A stretch of DNA of 29,190 bases from positions 1 through 29,190 of the IMG/VR virus record IMGVR_UViG_3300006076_000017, one strand, 5' to 3'. Position numbers and translations under genes: made by a program. Shown here in pieces: positions 1 through 8,616 of this stretch. Each line of letters opens with the position of its first letter. Position 1 is the stretch's first letter. The notes beneath the pieces were generated by a model. That model worked only from the letters and a program-made list of their open reading frames with translations. It was not told the origin of the DNA and ran no database searches. The stretch is from a virus (lineage: Duplodnaviria > Caudoviricetes).

Positions 1-23
1 GTCCTATAGTGGTCTTATCTAAA

Positions 24-2141
24 TTAAACGTTTTGTGTATAAACTGGAAGTTTTCCAAGAACAGCTTCAACGTTAGTAACATTAAATACGTTAATAATTG
101 GAAGGTTTACAACATGTCTAAATCTTGGCATAGTTGTAAGTTCTTGTCTTGTACTATTGTTAACAGTTTTTACAACATTGATAACTAGTTCTGGACTCCA
201 GAAACATTGACCAAAGTTAAGTGGATTAGCTTCTTTATTCCTATTACCATCAAAAATACCGAAACTGAATATAATCTTACCTCTGATTAATGGGTTAACA
301 GATGTTCTAATTTCAAAGTTGAATTGTGGATCATTAGCTAATTCATCTCCACTCATTAAGAAGTTTCCAATAATTGGATCTGTACCAATAATTACTGTTG
401 GTTTAACATCTGGCATTAATGTCATTAATGCAATACCATAATTAGATTCTAGGAATGCTTTAATAGCTGCATTTTTAATTTTAAGAGCTAATGCTGCTCT
501 AACATCAGCTTGTCTTGTGTTGCTGTTCATACTGTCAACTAGTTTAGTTAAATCTACAGTTTCTTCAACGAAGAATTTGTTAACTAGTTTGTCAGATACA
601 CCCAATAATCTTGGATCGATTGTTGGATTAGCTCTTAAATAATCGATAAATTTATTAAGTACTTTAAATCCAGCCATATTCATTTTAGCTCTAGTAACGT
701 TGATTTGTGTATTTAGATATGTTAAGTCTCCATCATCTCCATTATTTACTACTGGAAGTTGTACTGTAATTCCTGTTCTATATGGCACTGTATAAACTTC
801 CATATATTTATCAGTTGTTACGATTAGACCATTTACTCTAGCGTTAGAGTTAGTTACATATGCTTCTACTTCATATCCAAGTGGAGTAAGTGTTGCAAAT
901 AGATCAGCAAATTGTCCATATACATCTGAAGTTTTTGGAACTTCATTTCCAGCAGCATCTAAAACTCTTACAAGTTGCATACCATTAACATCTACTACAA
1001 TATCACCAGTTTGAGTGTTACCACTACCGCTAGCTCTTAATCTAATTACAGCTGTATATCCTTCTGGTAATTGTGCTAAAAGTTGTGAAGTAGCACCATT
1101 AGCTGTTTTGCTTTGTCCAGCGATTAAACTTAATCCCTCAGTATCTACTAGTAATTCGATATCTTTGTTGTGATCTCTTCTGCTGTATGTGAAATGTACT
1201 GGAAGATTACTTACATCAAATCTAAATACTTCAGTAATATCATTACCATTACTATCTTTACCACTTAAACTAGCATATACATCAGTAACTCTAACATTTG
1301 CATCTAATGCATCTAGTTGATCCATCATACCTTTAGCTAACATTGAATCAGTTTGGCTAGCTGCTAAAAGGTTGATTTCATCACTAAACTTAATAGGAGC
1401 TGTAGTTACAGTCTCACCATTATAATTTACAACATGTGCTAAAGTATCTACAAAATGAACTTTATTCTCATCTCTTAAAACAGGTACAAGTCTATTTTTA
1501 TCTACATCAATTTCATCTGGATTATTAATAATTTTAACTAATGGTCTTTTATCAAATTTAGGTTTATTTGGATTAGCATCTAGAGTTCTGTTAAATTCTT
1601 TAATTACACTATCTACAAGAATTGTTAATGTAGCACCTGCTGTTTTAGGATCAATTGGAACTACTGGGAAGAATAGTTCAACTACATCATCTTGTTTAAT
1701 AGCTAAAGTATTATAAATAGCTGTAAAGTGCACACTAGGTCTTACATTTTCACCGTCAAATGCTTCATAACCAGGTCCAAAATCATTATCATCAAGAAGT
1801 GTTGCTTCAATTACATCAGCTTCATAACCTGCTGTTGAAGGTAGTTGTCTTGTTTTATCCAAGTTTTTAATAGCTGTTACTGGATCTACTGCTAAAAGAG
1901 CTGCTTTTTTAGCTGCTTCTACAGCGTAAGTAGGAATATTAATTTCATCTTCAAGTTTAGCCGCTTCAAATGCTGCCATAATTTTAGATTCAAGATCTGC
2001 TGCATGTTCTTTTGCTACACCAGCCGAATATCCGTCTACGCTTTCAAATCCTACAAACATTCCTGTTACGTTTTTATCATTTACCGCATCTGTTGTTGAT
2101 AATTCTGTTTTAATCTTATCAAATAGTTTTTTAATATCCAT
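24..2141 (-). CDS. Major capsid protein precursor, phiKZ gp120-like
   Basis: 705 aa; Ala/Glu-rich N-terminal propeptide with several [G/A]-x-E sites; 'QDDVVELFFPVV' and C-terminal 'NPLNFG..FWSPEL...PRFRHVVNLPI' resemble phiKZ-family MCP; lies two genes from an oppositely oriented DnaB, as phiKZ gp118-120 do; SD AAGGAG upstream. Confidence 0.88.
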   Translation of the reverse strand: MDIKKLFDKIKTELSTTDAVNDKNVTGMFVGFESVDGYSAGVAKEHAADLESKIMAAFEAAKLEDEINIPTYAVEAAKKAALLAVDPVTAIKNLDKTRQLPSTAGYEADVIEATLLDDNDFGPGYEAFDGENVRPSVHFTAIYNTLAIKQDDVVELFFPVVPIDPKTAGATLTILVDSVIKEFNRTLDANPNKPKFDKRPLVKIINNPDEIDVDKNRLVPVLRDENKVHFVDTLAHVVNYNGETVTTAPIKFSDEINLLAASQTDSMLAKGMMDQLDALDANVRVTDVYASLSGKDSNGNDITEVFRFDVSNLPVHFTYSRRDHNKDIELLVDTEGLSLIAGQSKTANGATSQLLAQLPEGYTAVIRLRASGSGNTQTGDIVVDVNGMQLVRVLDAAGNEVPKTSDVYGQFADLFATLTPLGYEVEAYVTNSNARVNGLIVTTDKYMEVYTVPYRTGITVQLPVVNNGDDGDLTYLNTQINVTRAKMNMAGFKVLNKFIDYLRANPTIDPRLLGVSDKLVNKFFVEETVDLTKLVDSMNSNTRQADVRAALALKIKNAAIKAFLESNYGIALMTLMPDVKPTVIIGTDPIIGNFLMSGDELANDPQFNFEIRTSVNPLIRGKIIFSFGIFDGNRNKEANPLNFGQCFWSPELVINVVKTVNNSTRQELTTMPRFRHVVNLPIINVFNVTNVEAVLGKLPVYTQNV

Positions 2142-2249
2142 TTCTACTCTCCTTCATTATTTAATAAAGATTTCAATTTATGCATTCCCGAACAGGGAAA
2201 TAAGAGTTGTGCGAGTTAGTCGTTAACGCTATAAACTATAAATACTATA

Positions 2250-2873
2250 TCAATCAGTAAACGTCAAAGTAGCATATTCTAACAATGCCATATATCTTAC
2301 AGTAGGTAGTTCTTTTTCCATTTCAAAAAGTTTCCTTAATATCGTATTAATCATACTAACAGTATAAGTATTAGATAGTTTACCATTTTTAAGATAGTAA
2401 TCCAAAGCTAATTTAGCTTTATCGTTTAATACGATAAATTTATATCCTTCTATAACATTTAATTCTACTTCATCATTAGAATTTGTCAATAGTGTATTGA
2501 ATTCTGTTTCATCTATATTTCTAATTTCATCTAGTATAAAACCAAAACCATAATCTTCGCTAATAAAAGTAAGCTGACTAGCCATTTCTCTAACTAAATC
2601 TGGATTAGGAAATATTCTATCAGGTATATTGTTATATAGAAAAATATTATAATTAAGTAATCTATAAAACTCTACTAAAGGCAATGTTTCTTTTATTAAT
2701 TTAAAGTAGTACCTAATATTGTTAATATCTAATACTCCTCCTTTACTACTATTAAATAAGTTTAAGATATTGACTAAATATTGTTTTACATTAGGATAGT
2801 TTTCTATTATTTCTTTATTTACCACTATTTGTGGTAAAGGATTTCTTGTTAAGCCTTTAATTTCTTTGTCCAT
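2250..2873 (-). CDS. Conserved protein between DnaB and MCP (positional phiKZ gp119-like, probable head protein)
   Basis: 207 aa ORF with SD AAGGA; assignment rests on synteny only. Confidence 0.5.
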   Translation of the reverse strand: MDKEIKGLTRNPLPQIVVNKEIIENYPNVKQYLVNILNLFNSSKGGVLDINNIRYYFKLIKETLPLVEFYRLLNYNIFLYNNIPDRIFPNPDLVREMASQLTFISEDYGFGFILDEIRNIDETEFNTLLTNSNDEVELNVIEGYKFIVLNDKAKLALDYYLKNGKLSNTYTVSMINTILRKLFEMEKELPTVRYMALLEYATLTFTD

Positions 2874-2953
2874 TTTTCATTCCTTTTTCTATTTTTTGTT
2901 TAACAAATCTTCCTTTGACTTCACAATATTGAAACTAATAAGGAGAAAAAAAG

Positions 2954-4450
2954 ATGAATACTATAGATGCATTGTTAAAGACACTATTACTACTAATACA
3001 GGAGAAAAAACAATATAATAAAATAATTTCAGGAGGATTAGCTAAACAAGTTTATGAGACTATCTATAAACATAAAGATAAACTCTATAATGGTGAAGCT
3101 GAATTAATTACAAAATTAATGGATATTCTAAATTCAATAATTGAAGTAGGTATAGATGATCTAAATTCTGTTATTTCATCTATAGCTACTGTATTAGTAG
3201 ACAAGCCTATGTTATCAGAAATATTATTAAACGAAAGTCATAGAGAACTAGATGATACTATTTTAAATTCTAGGAAAAAAGAATTAGTAAATTATATAAA
3301 TTTTGTAAAATTAAAAGATGTTTTAGATTTCTTTGGTAAAAGACTCTATAGAAAAAATGCTAATACCTCTAAATTAGCTAATGAGTTAAAAAAGGAGTTA
3401 GATAATATTATAGATTTTAAAGAGATAAAAGATGATGCAGTAATTAATGAAGTAGACTTTGATAACGACTCTGAAATTGAAAATGCTGTAGAAGATACTG
3501 TGGAGACTCTATCTACAGGAGCAGTATTAAAAACAGGTTGGAGTTGTCTTAATAAAATGTTACAAGGAGGATTAAGGAGAGGAGAATTTGTTACCATTTC
3601 AGCTTTACCACACAATTATAAATCTGGTCTTACAAAATCTATATTTATTCAATTAGCTAGACTAAATGAACCTATCTTAGAAAATCCTAAAAAGAAACCT
3701 CTAATGGTATTTCTAAGTTTTGAAGAAGATATGAGAGTAGTATTAATGTTTTACTATGCTTACTTTAAATTCCTTATTGAAGGTGAGGTAATTGATCCTA
3801 ATAAACCTATAGATAAAAACGAAATGATAAGTTACCTTAAAAAGTATATGAGAGAAGAAACTAAATACAATATTAAGATAATCAGGATGGACCCTAATAA
3901 AACTAATTATGAAAAAATTTATCAAATAGTAGAAGACTTAGAGAAAGAAGGTTATGAAATACATACAGTATTCGCAGATTATTTATCACAAATCAGTACT
4001 GAGGGATGTGATAGATCAGGACCTATGGGTAATGAATACAAAGACTTATTTAAAAAGATTAGGACATTTATGACTAAAAAGAAAATATTATTTGTTACTC
4101 CACACCAATTAAACCCTGAGGCTAAGAGATTGATAAGAAATGGAGTACCTAATCAAGAATTTGTTAAATATTTGCCTAATAAAGGTTACTACGACCATAG
4201 TAGTAAATTAGACCAAGAAATAGACTTAGAACTATTCTGCCATATAGCACATATCAATAGGAAGCCATACCTCACTATTCAAAGAGGTAAACATAGAATA
4301 CCTACTACAATCAGTAATGATGAAAAATTTATTATGTTAAAATATCCTAAGAAAGCTCCTATACCAGAAGACAAGGTAGATGAAAAAGGTAACATAATAG
4401 AAACGTATTGTGTAAAAGAAAACATGGAAGAAGAAGATTTTGGATTTTAG
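2954..4450 (+). CDS. dnaB: DnaB-like replicative helicase (SF4), phiKZ gp118-like
   Basis: 'LKTGWSCLNKMLQGGLRRGE', variant Walker A 'ALPHNYKS', 'FLSFEE', Walker B 'VFADYL', 'TPHQL', Arg-finger region 'RGKHR'; SD AAGGAG. Confidence 0.92.
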   Translation: MNTIDALLKTLLLLIQEKKQYNKIISGGLAKQVYETIYKHKDKLYNGEAELITKLMDILNSIIEVGIDDLNSVISSIATVLVDKPMLSEILLNESHRELDDTILNSRKKELVNYINFVKLKDVLDFFGKRLYRKNANTSKLANELKKELDNIIDFKEIKDDAVINEVDFDNDSEIENAVEDTVETLSTGAVLKTGWSCLNKMLQGGLRRGEFVTISALPHNYKSGLTKSIFIQLARLNEPILENPKKKPLMVFLSFEEDMRVVLMFYYAYFKFLIEGEVIDPNKPIDKNEMISYLKKYMREETKYNIKIIRMDPNKTNYEKIYQIVEDLEKEGYEIHTVFADYLSQISTEGCDRSGPMGNEYKDLFKKIRTFMTKKKILFVTPHQLNPEAKRLIRNGVPNQEFVKYLPNKGYYDHSSKLDQEIDLELFCHIAHINRKPYLTIQRGKHRIPTTISNDEKFIMLKYPKKAPIPEDKVDEKGNIIETYCVKENMEEEDFGF

Positions 4451-4479
4451 TATACTGGAGACATTACTCCAGTATACTA
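4448..4479. terminator. Bidirectional hairpin between convergent dnaB and protease genes
   Basis: TAGTATACTGGAG-acatta-CTCCAGTATACTA, perfect 13-bp stem that starts at the dnaB stop codon. Confidence 0.8.
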
Positions 4480-4482
4480 CTA

Positions 4483-5226
4483 TTACCAATTCTTTAATAT
4501 ATCTAAAGCTTCTTTAGGGATAGGGTTTAAATCTTTTAATGTTTTTAATACACACTGACCATCTTTACATTCTATATTCTCATACCCTAATACCAAATCA
4601 TTAATCAATTGTTTATCTACTACTAAATCCATAGATTCTACTCCAGCAGTAAACCATTGATTAGCATATTTAACACCACCTTCTACTACATAATCCCATG
4701 TAGATACTAATAATACATCTCTAATTCTTAATTTACCTACTTTTCTTTCATTTACTAAAGACCTTACACTAAAATGTACATTTGAATCAGGATTATCTAA
4801 CGCATCTTGAATTACTTCTTTTTTAGGTCCCTCAGGTTTTACCCAACCATGAATAATAGTAACAGGATATTTAAAACCTGGTTCTACTCTATTAGTTACT
4901 TCTACTTCTATCTTCTTAATATGGCAACATTTATTATTAGGATTTAGTTTAATGGTTTTATTAGCTATACATAATTTATCGCCATTAGCAATACAGTCAG
5001 ATACATCAGGATGATCTACTTCAGCAAACAGAATTCCTTCTTTAATTCTTCTACCTACTAAACTACTAGGACCTAATACTTTGTTTATATCAGGAACATT
5101 ATAATAAATACCAGACTTGTTAAATGTGTTAAATGCTCCTAGCGTTACTTTGTAATACCCATTCTCATCTTTTATTATTTCAGTTTTTTTATTTCCTTTC
5201 TTACTGTCTAATACTATTTTACTCAT
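4483..5226 (-). CDS. Prohead (head maturation) serine protease, phiKZ gp175 / T4 gp21-like
   Basis: 'N..GIYY', catalytic His motif 'AEVDHP' (H72), 'CHI', 'GWVKPEGP', catalytic Ser motif 'HFSVRS' (S153), 'TWDYV.EGG'; candidate autocleavage site AGVE/S near the C-terminus. Confidence 0.88.
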   Translation of the reverse strand: MSKIVLDSKKGNKKTEIIKDENGYYKVTLGAFNTFNKSGIYYNVPDINKVLGPSSLVGRRIKEGILFAEVDHPDVSDCIANGDKLCIANKTIKLNPNNKCCHIKKIEVEVTNRVEPGFKYPVTIIHGWVKPEGPKKEVIQDALDNPDSNVHFSVRSLVNERKVGKLRIRDVLLVSTWDYVVEGGVKYANQWFTAGVESMDLVVDKQLINDLVLGYENIECKDGQCVLKTLKDLNPIPKEALDILKNW

Positions 5227-5274
5227 CTCTCTTTCCTTTAACTGTTTTTAATATTACAAAATTCAAAAAAATAA

Positions 5275-5304
5275 ACTAATAGTGGATATAATTCCACTAT
5301 TAGT
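5275..5304 (-). terminator. Intrinsic terminator-like hairpin
   Basis: ACTAATAGTGGA-tataat-TCCACTATTAGT (12 bp), followed on the minus strand by a T-run. Confidence 0.75.
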
Positions 5305-6038
5305 CATTCTCTTAAGACATGTTCTATATCGCTTACTTCTTTTTCTGGATCTAAAATAGAGGACACTAATCCTAATTCCATATAGCTTCCCGCTAATTTA
5401 TTTACGGTGCTACTATACGAATACCAGATATTTTCTAATCCTACCCATGTCAATTCATCTTTTTCTATTTTACCCACTTGATTTACATAGTTTCTAAATT
5501 GTACTTTTTTATCTTCTTTCCATCTAGCTATTACTGCTGTTAAAATCTCATATACTAATGGATTACTACCAGCTTTACTACCAGTAAATTTACCAATCTT
5601 TGTAAATATGTCGATTAAATCTTGATATTCTAAATACCAAGGAATCTTTCCTTTAATTAAAAAATTATCAAACATATCAAATAGGAAATTACCTTCTTTA
5701 ATTACTTTTTTATTAGTAATAAAATCCATACCTTTTTCAAAATAGAGGGAATAGTAAGGTACATCATCAATAGCCATAGTATCTATTTCTGTAGGTTGCA
5801 TTTCTAACCTACCTGGAATTTTCAATACAGCATATTTGTTAGCTTCAGGATCTATAATAGCTATAATACCTAATACTAATGATTGTGTTCCTAATATGGT
5901 AAATTCTTTATCTACAAATCTCTGAGGAAAGACTACCAATAAATCTTTCTTAGTAATATAAATATCTCCATTATCTTTAATTAAGTCTTTAATATAATTG
6001 TTATCCTTTACTAATTTATCTTTATCAAATGTTTTCAT
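5304..6038 (-). CDS. Probable virion RNA polymerase beta' C-terminal subunit (phiKZ gp176 / SPN3US gp244-like)
   Basis: 244 aa directly upstream of the prohead protease, matching the gp176/gp175 arrangement. C-terminus 'EILTAVIAR...VGLENIWYSYSSTVNKLAGSYMELGLVSSIL...SDIEHVL' resembles the RpoC C-terminal region (GITKASL..SFISAASFQETTRVLTEAA...LKENV). Confidence 0.65.
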   Translation of the reverse strand: MKTFDKDKLVKDNNYIKDLIKDNGDIYITKKDLLVVFPQRFVDKEFTILGTQSLVLGIIAIIDPEANKYAVLKIPGRLEMQPTEIDTMAIDDVPYYSLYFEKGMDFITNKKVIKEGNFLFDMFDNFLIKGKIPWYLEYQDLIDIFTKIGKFTGSKAGSNPLVYEILTAVIARWKEDKKVQFRNYVNQVGKIEKDELTWVGLENIWYSYSSTVNKLAGSYMELGLVSSILDPEKEVSDIEHVLRE

Positions 6039-6054
6039 TTATTCTCCTTTTGGA

Positions 6055-6077
6055 GACTACTAGATTAAGTAGTAGTC
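6055..6077. terminator. Hairpin over the stop codon of the Ig/FN3-like gene
   Basis: GACTACTA-gattaag-TAGTAGTC (8 bp); no clear T-run. Confidence 0.4.
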
Positions 6078-6955
6078 ACTGGTATAAATTTAGACTCAGT
6101 TTTTTCACCATTATCATATTCTACTTGTAACTCTAAAATATACTTTTTATCTGGGTTAGTAAATAACTCTTTTTCTAATTTAAAAGATAATACTTCATAC
6201 TCTCTATCTGCTAATAAATTTACTTCATCAAACCTAACTGAATAAAATTTCACATACAATTTACTAAAATCATCTATATTATCTAGCTTAATCACATATC
6301 CGTCATTAGTTTCTACATCTATATTTTCTGTATCTACTAATAATTTTATTACATCTACCTCACTAGTCTTAAACATAAATTTAGTAGGTTCAGATGTATC
6401 ACCTGTAGACGCATGATGTAATACTGTTAATGTGTAAACTTTACCTTCTTCTAACTTGTTAGTAGTTATAAACTTTTTAGTTAAATCTTCGCTATTAAAC
6501 AGATCAGAATATACCACATTCCCATTAATATCTTCTATAACATATGTAGTAGCTATATGTTTTGCATTTGTATTGCAAGACATAGCTGATGTATTAATTG
6601 TAAAAAATGTTCTAGGGACATTATTAGGATTAAAGTTTAATTCTACTTCAGGAATAGCTACAATGGTAGGTAAATCTAACGTTACATCAATTGTATTTAC
6701 ATCTTTTAATTTTACTATCTGAACATCAGCCCATTCTGCTAGACCTTTATTAAATATTACCCTAGCTCTACTATAATAAGTTTTATCTGGATCTAAATCT
6801 GAATCATCAAAGATTTTTACTAATTTATTAGTTTGGTCGTTTAAAGATTCTTTTACTATATTTTGGAAATCCGGATCTTCAGCTACTTGCCAATCAGTAC
6901 CTTCATGTGTCCAACCTTCTGTTAAAATAGGTGGTGTAATATATAAAACTAACAT
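6065..6955 (-). CDS. Virion-type beta-sandwich (FN3/Ig-like repeat) protein
   Basis: Two internal repeats, 'THEGTDWQVAEDPDFQNIV..S.ND..N...LDPDKTY' and 'KHIATTYVIEDINGNVVYS...LEEGKVY', plus a third beta-rich domain; this FN3-like pattern is common in large-phage virion proteins; SD AAGGAG. Confidence 0.6.
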   Translation of the reverse strand: MLVLYITPPILTEGWTHEGTDWQVAEDPDFQNIVKESLNDQTNKLVKIFDDSDLDPDKTYYSRARVIFNKGLAEWADVQIVKLKDVNTIDVTLDLPTIVAIPEVELNFNPNNVPRTFFTINTSAMSCNTNAKHIATTYVIEDINGNVVYSDLFNSEDLTKKFITTNKLEEGKVYTLTVLHHASTGDTSEPTKFMFKTSEVDVIKLLVDTENIDVETNDGYVIKLDNIDDFSKLYVKFYSVRFDEVNLLADREYEVLSFKLEKELFTNPDKKYILELQVEYDNGEKTESKFIPVTTT

Positions 6956-7152
6956 TATCTCTCCTTTAATTTAAATCGCTATTGATAATTCATGAAAAGT
7001 TTCACTAACTATCAAACAACTTTAATAATTAAATATCTTTATTAATAATTACTAATTAAATCAAAATCATTCCATTATCCTTTTTTAATTATCATTCAGG
7101 TTAGTAATATTCAAATATTTTTTATATAAATAAACTAAAATGAAGTAGTAAC

Positions 7153-7180
7153 CTACTAGAGTCTTATAAGACTCTAGTAG
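7153..7180. terminator. Perfect 28-bp palindrome downstream of the fibre gene
   Basis: CTACTAGAGTCTTA|TAAGACTCTAGTAG. Confidence 0.7.
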
Positions 7181-7190
7181 TGTGTCTTTA

Positions 7191-8036
7191 TTAACTACTG
7201 GTTGAACTTGAATCTGTGCTAGGATTATCTGCATTATTCCAAAAATACGATACTTGTGCTTTATAATCACTACTAAGTTGACTATCAGCTTGAATTACAT
7301 ATACTTTACCAGTTTTATCATCACTATCATGTACTACTGTATATACACCTTCTACGATTCTATTACCATCGTTATCAGTTGTATAAACAATAGCTTGTTT
7401 ATTTACTAGATCACCAACCGGTACATATGTAAGTGTGATTTTGTTACCATCGTTAATTGGTAATTCATCATCTACTTTATACATAGGAATTTTAGCAGCT
7501 ACATCAGCTAATGAATCGCTTGTATCACCTCTAAGTTGATCGATTTCGTCATTAATTTCATTAATTTTAGTTTCAATTTTACCTAATGTATTAAAATCAT
7601 CACTAGCGCCATCAACTAACGCATCTACTTTAGATTGTACTTGATTAATAAAATCTTGTAAATCACCTGCTTCTTTATTTATATAATCTACAATTTCCTT
7701 TAATGTGTCGTATGCATCACCAGCACCATTAATTAATGCATCAATAGCTTGTTTAATTTTATACTCTACAGAACCTTCTGTATTTTGATCAGCATTTAAT
7801 AAATTAACAGCATCTTGTAATGATTTAATTTCGTTATCTTTAAGTGCTTGAATATCATTATTAATTTTATCAGTAAGAGATTGTACATCATTTGCGTGTT
7901 TATTTTGTAAATTTGTAATATTTGTATTAATATCATTTACAGTAGCATTAAATGCTGACAAATCAACTTTAGTATTATATAAGTCAGTAATTTGTGCATC
8001 TTGATTAATGTCTTTTCTAAAAATTATTTTAGGCAT
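7191..8036 (-). CDS. Fibre-like virion protein (coiled coil plus C-terminal beta domain)
   Basis: Long heptad region with two copies of the tail-fibre motif 'AL.xGA...(D/N)TL.(E/K)I' (ALINGAGDAYDTLKEI, ALVDGASDDFNTLGKI); C-terminal beta domain and Ser/Thr tail; SD AAGGAG. Confidence 0.65.
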   Translation of the reverse strand: MPKIIFRKDINQDAQITDLYNTKVDLSAFNATVNDINTNITNLQNKHANDVQSLTDKINNDIQALKDNEIKSLQDAVNLLNADQNTEGSVEYKIKQAIDALINGAGDAYDTLKEIVDYINKEAGDLQDFINQVQSKVDALVDGASDDFNTLGKIETKINEINDEIDQLRGDTSDSLADVAAKIPMYKVDDELPINDGNKITLTYVPVGDLVNKQAIVYTTDNDGNRIVEGVYTVVHDSDDKTGKVYVIQADSQLSSDYKAQVSYFWNNADNPSTDSSSTSS

Positions 8037-8061
8037 TATAATCTCCTTCTAAGTTAATTAA

Positions 8062-8532
8062 TTAATCAACGTAAGTGAAATAACTTACTGAGGCTACGCC
8101 GTTTATATGTGTACTATCTTTTATAGTACACATCAAAGTATTTGGGTCTACTTTTACATCATCGAAAAATTCATATTGATTAGTAAGATTATTATTTTCA
8201 TCTTTTAACCTCACTACTACTAAATTATTGATAAAATAAGAGTCCTGCATAGGTATAGGTTGTTGAGTTAACTTAAATTGTCCATTAGTTACTTCACATT
8301 TCTCTGTCACGGGTTTAATATTAAATTTAGGTGCGTATTTTAATCCTTCATCTACTAATTGTTCTAATAGTTTAATTATATTATTACATTTTAGTTTACC
8401 ATTAAAATATTCTACTAGTCCTTGAATTGTATAAACTTCACCTTCTAATAGAACTTGTTCTACTTCTAAGATATCTTTAGAAGTAAAATAAATACCTTCT
8501 TGACATAAATCTATATTTATAGGTGTAGCCAT
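8062..8532 (-). CDS. Hypothetical virion protein sharing its C-terminal beta domain with the adjacent fibre protein
   Basis: 156 aa, SD AAGGAG; C-terminal half aligns by eye with that of 7191..8036. Confidence 0.55.
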   Translation of the reverse strand: MATPINIDLCQEGIYFTSKDILEVEQVLLEGEVYTIQGLVEYFNGKLKCNNIIKLLEQLVDEGLKYAPKFNIKPVTEKCEVTNGQFKLTQQPIPMQDSYFINNLVVVRLKDENNNLTNQYEFFDDVKVDPNTLMCTIKDSTHINGVASVSYFTYVD

Positions 8533-8587
8533 TTATTCTCCTTTCAAACTTTAAATTTTTCATAACAACAAAAAAAAGAAAAATAAT

Positions 8588-8616
8588 TGTAGTTATAGGA
8601 ATTACCTATAACTACA
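8588..8616 (-). terminator. Intrinsic terminator ending the helicase operon
   Basis: TGTAGTTATAGG-aatta-CCTATAACTACA (12 bp) overlapping a stop codon, followed by long T-runs on the minus strand. Confidence 0.8.

Noticed and set aside
2915-2942. Sigma70-like TTGACT upstream of dnaB, and TTGACG at 15911
   Set aside because: No convincing -10 hexamer at 16-18 nt spacing beyond chance in AT-rich DNA.
3601-3624. Non-canonical DnaB Walker A (ALPHNYKS instead of GxxGxGKT) suggesting an inactive helicase
   Set aside because: As I recall, this variant is typical of phiKZ-family DnaB. Lys-Ser, Walker B and the Arg finger are intact.
7085-7270. 61-aa minus-strand ORF overlapping the fibre gene 3' end, a possible frameshift extension
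   Set aside because: It runs through the terminator palindrome, has no SD, and I saw no clear slippery heptamer.
8561-8564. phiKZ-type late promoter TATG upstream of structural genes (also 27891-27894)
   Set aside because: A 4-nt motif is too short to support without TSS data, and it is not consistently present upstream of the MCP or protease genes.
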